Assembly: GCA_038496445.1 (NCBI GenBank)
Contig: JALMLS010000627.1
Coordinates: 124,001 to 188,000, forward strand
Direction of reading: 5' to 3'
Length of the DNA stretch: 64,000 bases
From: Trichosphaerium sp. ATCC 40318
Taxonomy: Eukaryota > Protista > Tubulinea
Shown: in pieces, positions 40,233 to 51,900 of the stretch
Numbering within the stretch: the first letter of the stretch is position 1
Layout: the number at the start of each line of letters is the position of its first letter
Notes under the pieces: generated by a model
The model's input: the letters and a program-made list of their open reading frames with translations, nothing else
Database searches by the model: none
What the model was told of the DNA's origin: nothing
Translations under genes and position numbers: made by a program

Positions 40233-40745
40233 TTAACCAAAAAGTTCGTGAGAAACTTGTTTGGTTATATCCCAGTTTACTGTGAGAAGTTTGCCTTTCT
40301 TGTATTTAAATATACCAAATATAGTGCTACTTTCTGTCCACAGAACAAGCTCCCCGTCAACATGATCTTGGTTATAAGTACATGAACATTCCAATGTGCC
40401 ATTGGCGAACCATGACTTGTAAGGCCCTTCTCTCATACCGTCTTTATACTCTACAACACATTGCAATCGACGATTGTTGTACCACATCTTGTATTGTCCA
40501 TCAAGCTTTCCATGACTAAAAGAGCATTTTCTTCGACAAAAATCTTCTTTCCACGTGATATATTGGCCTTGCTTTTTCAAATCACTATCAAACCTACTTG
40601 TAACTGCAGCTTGAAAGCATAAAAGGGGCCAAGCAATATAAATATTAACATTTAGAGTGTAAATAGCCCACAGCAGTTCAACTGGCAGTTTTAGTAAATG
40701 ACACGTTTTCTGAGCCTCTGAACTCGATTCATTAGTACTGGTCAT
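40233..40745 (-). CDS. F-box-like + MORN-variant (YwqK-like) repeat protein, intronless
   Basis: LLKLPVELLWAIY; repeats such as GKLDGQYKMWYNN and GMREGPYKSWFANG. Paralog of 62098-62871. Confidence 0.8.
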   Translation of the reverse strand: MTSTNESSSEAQKTCHLLKLPVELLWAIYTLNVNIYIAWPLLCFQAAVTSRFDSDLKKQGQYITWKEDFCRRKCSFSHGKLDGQYKMWYNNRRLQCVVEYKDGMREGPYKSWFANGTLECSCTYNQDHVDGELVLWTESSTIFGIFKYKKGKLLTVNWDITKQVSHELFG

Positions 40746-41075
40746 ACTTGAACACTTGAGTAATAATACCGGCAATCTATTTAAGACGAAAGAACCAAGA
40801 AGTACGCGAAATCTCAGCTATTTTTGTCGTTCAAAAAACCGCTAACGTTTGATCGAAGCTCGAAATACATGGTCCCCTGGAAGCAGGACTTTCATTCAAA
40901 ACAGTGCTCAGCTTTATAAAGCCCAGTTTCTAGAGTAGCTTCGTGTTTTTGCTGTGGGCGCTATTTTAATAACAGCAATGAGCGTAGGTTATCATTGGTA
41001 ACGTATTTATATCAAAAAAGCGCCCAAATTAAGCGGGCTCTACTTCAAGTCATAAACAACCACTTACGCTTGGCA

Positions 41076-42570
41076 ATGCATTTACGAGCTCTATTGAGCG
41101 TTCTTTGCGCATCTTTACTGTTTTGCGTTGCTTTCACAAATGGTATGCAAGCACAGAAACGCTACCCCATGTTACCGGAATGCCAAAAACGCACTCTACA
41201 TACTACTTCGCACTAGCGGAAACGATAATTTTGCGATTTTTTAGATCAAAACGCTAGCACTTTACATTTTGTCTAATTTCGTTTATAGAAGTAAGCAAAC
41301 GCTCTACTGAAGTAGATTGTGATCCCTCCAAATTTGAACCGGTCGTAGATTGCGTTGAATTTATGTCTACAGGCTTTTTACGCGCTTGGTTTGGTTATTC
41401 ATACTATGGAGATGAGTGCACCTTTCAAAACGGCCAAAACTTTTGGTACAACGTCAAAGAAGTACGCGTAAATCTACAAAATGGCGTAAAAGGGTTAATT
41501 AGATCTAGGTACAATCGTTTCCACTCTTAGAAACAGCAACAAGGCGCTATGAGGGTTGGGTCATTTTTGATAAAACTGCCTCCATTTCTTGGGAAGTGCT
41601 AGGCAACGATGTTGTGCCCACAGCAAAGAATACAGCTTTGTGTAGCGAGAGTACGGCTACTTGTTTCATTTCGATAATTCTGACGTTTCTAGCTGCTACA
41701 TTCAAGGTTAAGGGTGAGTCTATTACTGGCGTGGCTGTCACTAGGGTAGCAGCTGCAGTTGCTGAAGTTTTAGAGATTGAAGAATCCCGCGTGACGTCCA
41801 AGCTTAGTGAACAAACTGGTATGGATGTTACATTAGACATAACAATTGGACAAGGTGCTGGTAAGTCTACAAAAAGAAAAACAAGATCTGAACCAAAAAA
41901 TTTGCCAACTGTTCTTTTGTAGACGAAGATAGCTCCCCTGCGCTCGCCATGTTCACACTGTGCACGACTATTATGGACACTGACGATGTCGCACGTCAGA
42001 CTTTTTTCCAAAATACAGGTGTAGACATATTGAGTTGTGTCATCGCCGAACAAAGCTTGTCACCGTTTAAAGATCAAAACGGCAAGGACAAAGAATTTTT
42101 GCCAATGTGGGCATACTATGCCATGGCAGGTGCTGGAGGTCTTATACTTCTTATCATATTGCTTATAATCATTATTTGCTGTTGTAAGAAGTGTAAGCGC
42201 GAGAAAGACGAAGAGATAGCAATGAAGAAGTACACTACTGACTTTTTTTTTGTGGAAACTTTTTTAATCTGTTGACACTCTCTTTTAGTTATAAGAGACC
42301 TTGGGAATTAGAAGCTGAGAGGAACTCTAAACCAACTAAGAATGGTTACACTGATTTAAGTGCACAACGTACGTAGTAGACGAACTATCTTCATTTCAAC
42401 TCAACGATCACCCTTTGATACGTTTTTGTAAATTTTTTTTGACATTTTTTTCTTCAGAGGATAGCTTGAACGACAATGATCCTGTACCTTTGGCTTCACC
42501 ACGTGCAAACTCACCATTTAACCCTGCTTTTGATGCTGACGATGGAAGATCACTACCTCCTGATCCATAA
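41076..42570 (+). CDS. Type I membrane protein of unknown function
   Basis: Signal peptide MHLRALLSVLCASLLFCVAFT; EPVVDCVE...RAWFGY domain; TM GAGGLILLIILLIIIICCC followed by a basic tail. Confidence 0.75.
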
Positions 42571-42725
42571 GTGGATCATTTAAAATAAATCTAGATGAGC
42601 TTCGTAGAAGCTTTATAGCGTCATAGGAAATAATAAAATAAACAAAATTACAAAGACGAAAAAAGCGTGATTACAACAACAAAGGCAATAGATTGACAAA
42701 AAAAAAAGGTTTTTAGTTCCAAATA

Positions 42726-44172
42726 CTACAACATGTAAAATATGGAGAGAATGAATACAAGTTGAAGTATTAAAGATATAGTAAGCCCTCTTGAACTACT
42801 AGGAAAGCTCGTTGTACATCTACTAACATTAACAGCAGGTGAACTTGTGCACGTTACTGTAGGATACGAAGTAACTGTACATGTAGTCAAGCACCTAAGC
42901 AAAAAAAGGGTCAAAAAACCAGCTGATTGTGATCAAAAGTTAATCGTACCTTCTAGCGGTTTTAGGTTCAGAAGGACTGGTACAGTTGGCAGTAGCTTTA
43001 GGCAACAACTAGTAATATGTTACACTAAGGTCTAATAGATAAGTACGTACTTCATATTCGGCACAAAATGTAGAATTGTCTGCTGGTGCAGAACCACCGC
43101 TCTGAAATGTAGTTTCGAGATACAAATAGTTACAAACATCATTGTTGTCTTGAGTGATTCGGACAGGAGTAATAGCTACCAAGATCTTCGTAAATAACAA
43201 CATGTACATTGAATGCTTTCTATAACGTACTATTTCCAAAATTCCAAAACTCCACTTTGGCTTGAACTGATGAAGGCAATTGATCAGTCTCTGCGTATTG
43301 AAAGAATCCACCTTCTCCTGAGTTGGTACTGAACGTATTAAAGCTATCAAGAACAGTCCCGGTTTTGCTGTTTAAGAACTCTGTTCCTGCTTCAGCAACA
43401 TCGGGAACATTCAAGTCACCACAACTTGAAGGATTTGCTACAGAAGGCGTAAAGTCTACTGACTTTAAGTATTTTCCTAAACCATAAGTTACTTTTTGAT
43501 GTTTAAGAAACTAGGAAAAAACAAGGAAAACAAGCGGGACACTGTACCAACGTAAAGGGCTACAGACCCTGATTTCAAAGTAGAATCTGACCCTATGATT
43601 TCAGTAGTAGTAGGTGTTACTTGAACAGTTACAAATCCCTTAAAAGTACTCATTAGAATACAAGTTCAAAAAAAAAAAACATCAGCACGTTTAGTCTGCA
43701 TGTTGTACTAGTTTGTGCAACAACCATTAGTCCAAATATAACTACAAAGCAAGCAAGGGATAGCATAGTAGCAGGAGACCTTGGTTGAGAGAAGTGAAGT
43801 GCTGCTCCAAACGCAAGAATCATGAACAGAAGCGTAAAATTGACAGAATTGGTTTTGCAAGCCGAAGCTGTACCACCTGTTTTTTCTCTAATTGTAACAT
43901 CTGTCTTTGCGCTTCCAGCTACTGTAACAACTTCCGCGCCTGCTAATTGAGAAGACGAAGACTGAAGTCTTAAAACAGATGAACCACCCACTTGTGACGT
44001 AGTAACGAATATATGGCCCTGTAATAGCGGTTAGTAGGTATAACAGTGTTTGTAGAGAAGCAAGTAAATTACTGCATTTGGTAGGAAGCTCCGACACTTA
44101 ATATGACGTATTTACGAGTATATGAATGAAGAGAGTATTTTTAAGCGAAAGGAGGCGAAAGCCGTACATCAT
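42726..44172 (-). CDS. Secreted/surface protein with an internal double hydrophobic segment and C-terminal GPI-like signal
   Basis: N-terminal hydrophobic leader; internal FTLLFMILAFGAALHF-SQPRSPAT-MLSLACFVVIFGLMVVAQ; C-terminus SSSRGLTISLILQLVFILSIFYML*. Confidence 0.65.
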
Positions 44173-44658
44173 ATTCGTTGTGAAAGGAAAGCGGTAAAAC
44201 AGTACTAATCACCTCGGTCCTCTGTAAATTACACGGTTGAGCGTTTACAAGAGCCAAAACTAACAAAGAAAGTAGCAAACAACTATGCATTTCTAGTTTA
44301 GTCGTTAGCTCAACTACTATTACATTAATTTTGCCAATGACGTACCGGAGTGTTTACAATAACTTAAATTAACCACAAACCCCACAAAACCCAATATTTG
44401 ACACCCAAACTTTTTGGTGAATGTCAAATGTCAGAATTTTCTTTGTTAAGGGTTCTACGGTATACTGGTACACTATACATTGCATTCTGGAATAAATGGT
44501 TAAGTACATTCTATTTAAGCGACATAACTTTTGTTAACCGAGTGGTACAACGTATTATGGATGTTCTAGTGGACTCTGCTGTCTAAATTATGCCTTCTTG
44601 AGGCATTTGGCCTATTATCGAATTAATAAACACCGTACTACGTTAATTTCGCGTTAAT

Positions 44659-47600
44659 ATGAAGGTGGCGCTACAAAGAGCTAATGGTGTTTTCAGTAAG
44701 CCAGTTAGTAAGTAAAATCGCCTAAACGCCTTAAATACGCCCAAAAATCACATTTATTCAATGTTTATTGTTAAAATAGGCTTGAACGGCGCTCATGCGC
44801 CAAAATGGAGCATCTCAAAAAAAGTTACGACATATCGACGGTTTCTTGACCTTGAGTACTTTGAAAGCTTAGCAGAGGAACATGGAATCACTGATCTTGA
44901 TGGATGGTATGCTGCAAATATTGACAAGAAATCAAGATTGCTACAACCTGGCATCTGGCAGAGGTACGAACAAATCCGCTCGTCTTGTTTTTCCTTTTTT
45001 TTTATTGTTTTCTTAACTTTGTCACAAAAGGTATGGTCAGTCTATTGCTGCAGCTTTGGTTACTATATTTCCTAATCATAATTGGAAACCATGGAAGTTT
45101 GAGTACGTTTATCGCATGTGTTTTGTCACGTGATTTTACGTGGCATGTAAATGGGTTTTGTTTTTTATTGTTTTTTAGAAAGACTCCAAAAAGGTTTTGG
45201 AATGAAGACAATAATCAACGGCTAGCCTTAAATGAAATGGCGGAGAATCTTCGTGTTAAAGTGTTAGAGGATTGGTATGCTATTTCGCACGAAAAGTTTA
45301 GAAAAGCTGGTATGAGAGGCCTAACAAGCAGGTATTCAATATATTTTTTTTTCTTGGTTTTATTTGTTAACCACTGGCGTAGATATAGTGATTCGAATTC
45401 CAAAATTCTGTGTGTCTTATATCCAGACTATGATTGGCAAGTCTGGCGCTTTAAGTACGTTAGACCGTTAGATACCAAACAACATTATTGAGTAGTTCAA
45501 TTATCCTAAATTTTAACCAGGTCAGCACCACAGAAGCATTGGAATAGCTCTGATAACCAACGTGCCATGATGGATCAAATAAGTAATAAATTAGAGATTG
45601 ATCATTTTGACCAATGGTATAATGTACCATATTCAGATGTGGTAAAGTACGGAGGCGCATCATTGCTCATTCGGTAAGCTCTATTGTACACCTTGTAAAT
45701 TTTGTTATTTTATTTGTCACTTGAAGTCATGTCCTTACTCCCAATGGTTATCTATCTGTACCTGACAGTTTGCATGTTAGGTATGGGAATTTAGCAAAAG
45801 TCCTTATGAGTGTATATCCTGAACACGATTGGCAACAAGTAAAGTTTGGCGATCCGTTGGGTATTCAAAGAAAATTATTCAACAACCTGGCTAAGAAAAA
45901 TGGTGTCAAGATACTAGATGATTGGTACAAGTTTGGATATCGTAAGTTGATGTCTACTACTGATAATTTGGAGCATCCAAACAGGTAACTACCAACAAAC
46001 TTGTAAACTCTCAATCCATTTGTCCAAAAGTAGTTTAACACGTTCAAAGAACATTCTTACCTCACACTTCGATGTCTGTTATTAATTTTTTCGTAGGGCT
46101 ACTGGAAGCATGTATGATGTTGTAACAGCTGTTTATCCAGACCATAAGTGGATACCATGGAGGTTCAAGTACGTAGTACCAAAATGTTGTAGTTTTCGAC
46201 GATTTTTAATTTGTTGTACAAAGGAATGTTGGTGAGGGTGTTTGGGCTGATGTATCTAATCAAATGGAACTTTTTGGGTATGTTTCGTTAGAACTTAGGA
46301 TGTTTACAACGGGTGATTGGCATTACCTATCTAGCTACGATATTGAAGAGTACAGAATGCGTACTACTATTTCAAAGTACGGATATTGCTTTATTAGTTT
46401 ATATCATGCATAATTCGCGATTTTTACTTGATAGTGAATCACAAGCTAGTATGCTAGTGTCTAGAATATTTCCTTTAAACACATGCGAATATACTTCAGT
46501 ATAGTTTCTGTTGTTAGGCTCTCACTAGTATAAAAGCGAGTGATAGCAATGTTGATAATATTACTTGTGTTAACTTTTTGTGTAAGGTATGGCTCACTGT
46601 TCAATACGTTATCCGCTTTGTTTCCAGATAATGATTGGTCAGAGTATGCACTACTTTTTTAATTCAAATAGTAAGAGCAGTCACTAACTCCGTGCCATTT
46701 AGGATAGAAAACGGTTCGAAAGAGTTTTGGCATAAGAAAAAGAATCAAGTCAAATTCCTTAAGAATATGAGTAAAGAATTGAGCATAAAGGACCCTCAAC
46801 TATGGTATCGTGTTTCTTTTGATGAAATGAACCATGCTGGTGGCTATCAACTAGTTCTAAACAACTCATTTCCACGTGTTCTTAAAGAGTTGTATCCAAT
46901 GTTTAAATTTGATTGGTCTTCGTTTGCAGTCTTTAACAAGAAATCTAAGCAGAGGTACGTCAAAGTATTTTGGTAGTACTGGTTGAAAGTAATCGTGTAC
47001 TTCGCAATGTTGATGTTACGAAGACGTAAAAATTTATCACGTGACTTGGCAAAGAACAGAATCTAAAGACTAAAATGCGCTTAGGATTATCTTATCAGCT
47101 GTTCAGGAATTGTTTGGTAGTCATAATGTGAAAGAAGAGCATTTTGTTGGATTCAGGCATACTACAGGCGCAGGAATTTATGTTGATATATACGTAGTAT
47201 CTCATAACCTTGCTATTGAATACCAAGGTACGATAGCACGTGGCTTGCAAGAATTCTTCAAGCTCAAAAGAAAAAAAAAGTTAAAAGCTGGCCAACACTT
47301 ACACTCTATAGGAGAGCAACATTTTTATGATGCTTTCCCTCATTCATTGCCTACAACAATGTTTGAAGCACGTGATAACGAAAAACTTGAGCATTGTGAA
47401 GCAGCAGGTTAGTAAATAAACGGTTCTCCTTTTTTTTTAATTGTTACAAAATTAATCACTTTTTAGGTGTCTGTCTCGTGCCTGTGCCGTATTGGTGGAA
47501 TGAAGGCTTGCATGATCTGGCGGCTACAATAAAATACTATGCTCCACATGTCAACTTGGATAAAGCTGAAGGTGGGAGAGCGCTCTTACCTCAATCTGAA

Positions 47601-47727
47601 GAACGTCAAGGTGCCAAGCTTTTTAAACAAAATCAAACTTGTTTCTTACTTTTTTATCACTGTAGAATCTGGCTTCCGTAAATCTATCATGAGTCCAGAA
47701 TCAGCACAACGTGAAATATTTATGTAA
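44659..47727 (+). CDS. Helical 'FW...NQ...DWY...YP..W..W.F' repeat protein with C-terminal RAP/PD-(D/E)XK-like domain
   Basis: About six repeats, then YVDIYVVSHNLAIEYQG|EQHF, RDNEKLEHCEAA|GVCLVPVPYWW. Basic N-terminus resembling a transit peptide. Confidence 0.8.
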
Positions 47728-48206
47728 ATACCTTATTGGAGATGACCTTTGTGGCCGACTGTTGTTTTTGGTAAATCAAAGTATTAAAAAAAAAAGGGAG
47801 CTACACTTCTTGTACATAATAGCTATTCCTTTGGTGTACTCTTAAATATAGCCTGTATATTTGGTTTGAACGTAAGTGCGCGAAAGGCCAAAAAGGTTAC
47901 CCCACATAACCTTCTACATACAACAGTGCATATACCAGGTTTTTTATGGATATCTTTGTTGTAGTACCTTGTATTCATATCTCTCATCGCACCAATCTCG
48001 CATCCTTGACACGTGTTTTTTTTTTTAACTAAAAGACGTGTATTATTAATTTGTGTAAACAAGGCTTGTAGATCTTTGGATTGTAGGAATTATTAAGATA
48101 ACATCGTGGCGTGCACTTATTTATGTACAAAAATAAAAATTATATTAATAGTACCACAGCATAAGCTGGTTGAGATTATAGGTCTTGCGTTCATCCTTCA
48201 ATCGAT

Positions 48207-48778
48207 ATGGAGTATCAAACACGCAAATATCTACAAAATACGGCGCTAATCGATAAAGCAACGCATCACAAAGCATCAAAAAGTAGATCAAAACATGGCA
48301 AAGTTAAAAAAACGTATGGGTACAGAAATCACGAAAACACGTGTCCACTCTAACTACTGGTTACAGACAACTCGATATAGACGATGAAATAGACCCGAAG
48401 CAAAAATACGAAATGATGGAAGATCCAAAAAAGCTACGAGTAGCACGTGAACTAGCAGATAACTACAGTTGTTTCAATACTGAGCCGAAAAAGAAAAAAA
48501 GTTGCAAATTAAGAAACATGTACACAGCCCTTCCAGCACCTACAAGCGCGTCAAATATTTCTCCAATGCATAAAAGTATGCCTGCCGGTAAACCAGAGGA
48601 GAATAAAGAAGCGCCTTTCTGTAGAATAAGATCGAGAAGTTTAAATGTTACCCCAGAGCTTAAAAAATCAAACAATAATAAAAAGAACAGACGAGGGTAC
48701 GTTGACAAAAAATACACGTGGTTCAAACTAAATTTAACATTTCCCAAGATCAATTTACCTTGCATACAGGCGGGCTAA
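48207..48778 (+). CDS. Hypothetical basic protein (one intron)
   Basis: The ATG 48207 frame joins ORF 48341-48778 through a phase-2 GTATGG...CTAAC...CAG intron. Confidence 0.55.
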
Positions 48779-48999
48779 AAAAAACTTGGAATAACCAAAC
48801 ACCGATCACTGTAAATAAAACTTGTTTTTTTTAACCCAGTTGTAGCTGATTTTCACTTGTTTTTTTTTCTGCCCTGAAAATAGCAACAAGCTGATTGGTA
48901 CATTATTGGCGCTGTGCAGTTTTTACTCGTTTTTTCCAGAAATTACAAGGAGACTTGCGTTTATTTATAACTTTTGAAATATCCTTACAAAAGTTTTAG

Positions 49000-51900
49000 T
49001 TAAGCGGAGAATGTAGCTGTTGCTACGCTAACAAGAGCTTTTACGTCTACCAACCGCGTGCAGAACGAAACTGCAGAGCAGTTAGGTCTACCAAAATTTG
49101 TGTAAATTGTTCCTGAAACTAATGCGCCCGTCTGTGATTTTGCGTGTTGAGTGTGGAATAACTTTGCTTCGATATTATACTCTCCTGGCTGTGCGTGATG
49201 TATCAAATACTCAACTGGACCAAACCCACCTATTTATAGTGATTAGTTAAGCAGTGAAAACAACAAATAATAAAACCAAGTTTTTAAAAGTTCTTACCTG
49301 TAAAATCGCGAGAATGCAATCCACCACTTGGAGTCATATTTCTGAATGCGTTACATTTAGTACCATCAGGTTCTGTGACATGTAGTTCAATATCTGTCAT
49401 ATCACGATGCTAGAAACTCTAGTAAGCTTATTGTTTTGCAAAGTTTTTTTTGTTGTTTGAGAACAAAAAGAGAATGCCCGTACCCATTGAAGTACGATAC
49501 GTAGATCAACATCTAGAGGCTTAATAAGACGAGCATCAATCTTTTCGAATCTGACTTTATCAGTAAGGTTGTTATAGTGAATCTCTTGTATGATTGCATT
49601 AACATCACTAGAATAAAATGTATCAGCACTGTGTTAAGTTTTTTGAGTCATGGAGGTACGTTGTTGCGACCAACTCTATTTGAGAGAATCTATTATCCCA
49701 CTTTCTGGTTATGATATTATTAAGTAATTCAATAGCACGTTCGTAATCCGCTATGGTTTTCTCGGACTGATCAAACATTAGCAACTTGTTTTTTATTTAT
49801 TTTAAGTGCAGTACCTTCATCATTATAGCTAGAGCTAAGTCTCTATGACTCTGTGGTTCTTCTGGGCGCAATTTCAAAACTTTACCAAAGATACGAATAG
49901 CAGCGTGAAGGAATCCCTAAAGTAAAAAGTCAATAATTAGGGTTTTATAGCGAGTGGCAAAGTGTACCTTGAATGTCATTAAAACACGTGCGATTATACG
50001 CAACTGATGAGCATCTTCAAGAGAATTTTCGGCAATATTTGATAATACCATAGCGGCTACTTGTTTATCTCTAGTATCACGAATAACAGATAAAGCAAAG
50101 TCAATAAAATAGCCTGCTTCCTTTTCGTATTTCGTCCTGAATGTAACGTGCTTAGACAGCTTGTTTTCTACTGTCTTTTCGTTGTTAATAGCATTCCAAG
50201 CTGCGCTTTTGATTTGCCTATCGTTCAATTCAACTCTCCATGGGCTATCCTTGTTCGCTGATAGGTCTTCTTTGAGCTCTTCAAATTGCTTGTCATTCAA
50301 TTCCAGTATAGAAACTTTTTGACCTTTGTTTGCCTTGAGTATTTCTTTTTGGAGTCTTTCCTTCAAACCTTTTTCGCAGTAAGGCTACTGTACTTGGCTA
50401 CTTATAAGCGTACCTGGCATCACTTCACCTACTAGCGTGATATTGGCCAATAGGTCAGCTTGCTGTGTTGGGTCACACCGAGCAATGGCGTCCAGAATTT
50501 TCTGAAATGTTGTTAGAGGTGTTTGTACTGTAACTGTAAGAATGTTACCTGGTGTAAACCTTTTTGTCTTGAGCCAATAAAAGATGGTTGGAATATAGAC
50601 TCTGAAGCTCTGAATCTTTCCGTACCTATGATATAATTAATTTCAATTGTAATTAGCAAGAGTACGTACCAACAGTAAGCACTTGACCATCTTCCAATTC
50701 GTAAGATTTTTCTAAAGCTGAAGAAGATGCTGCTGTTTGCATCTCCTCATCAAAATCTGTACAATGAGTCACGTGAAAAAATATCACAAAGGAAAACCTG
50801 TTTTCACTTACCGTAAGACACATAGCATAGTTTCTGTGCAACACCAGATACATCCTTTTTATCCATAAAACCATATCTGACGAAAGAAAAATAAGTAAGA
50901 ATAAAATAAGAACCAACATAATATGACTTTAAAAAGCTTACCCTCTTTCATTCATTTGCTTATTTAGGAGATCAGTGACTTTATTAGAACCAATGGATGT
51001 TCTTTGTCTAGCTTCTTGTATTGGAGCGCCATCAATCATCTGAAAGAAAAAAATGGTTAGCTAAAAAAACCACTTGGTTTGTTTTCTTACTGGAACAATC
51101 TCGCATCCATCTTCTGTCCAGTGAAGTACAAGTTGTGGAGTTTTAATCTCTTTAAGTGATTCAACAACTTCATCTTCTTCTAGTCTCTCAACATAGAGCT
51201 CTTCAGGTTCTTCAATCAACATTTGATTAGATGATACAGCAAGTTCTGCTTTATTGTCGATAGATACTATTGAATCTGGCTCCATGAAATCACTCTCTGA
51301 TTCTTCTTCTTTCTCTTCGCATTCAGGCTCAAAATCAATATCAAACTTCTCATCAAGTTCCCAAATTGCTAAATTGCCGTCTGCACCTGCAGTAGAAAAT
51401 TGAACTGAAGAACGATCTGCTTTCATCAACTGAATAGAGTTTATAGCTCCCTAAAAAAACAAATTTTAGTAAGTACTCCAACAATCAGATGATCTTTCAA
51501 AATGGAAAAAAAGAGGAAAAGGGTAACAGAGAAATTAAAGTAAAGATTTTTGAGTCTTTCTAACCTTATGTGTTGATGCTACCTTCGGTTCAAACCTATC
51601 CACGCCTCTACTATCCATGCTCCTAAACCTACAAAATGCAGACATGGATGATCGTTTAGCTCTCTTTTCTTCTGTTTTCCAAAGACGTTTCTTTTCCTTT
51701 TTGTCTTTCTTTTTCTTTCGGTCTAGTTGGGCTATTTTGGAAGCGGAGGCTTTTTTTGCCAAAGAGAACGCTCTTAACTCGACTTTCGCTGTTTCTTCAC
51801 GTGGCTGTGCTTTACGTCGTTCAAGGTTCTTGTATCCAGAAACATCACTCTTTGAAGCAGACTTCTTTTTCCCCATTGGCCTACTCTCAGGTCTGACTTC

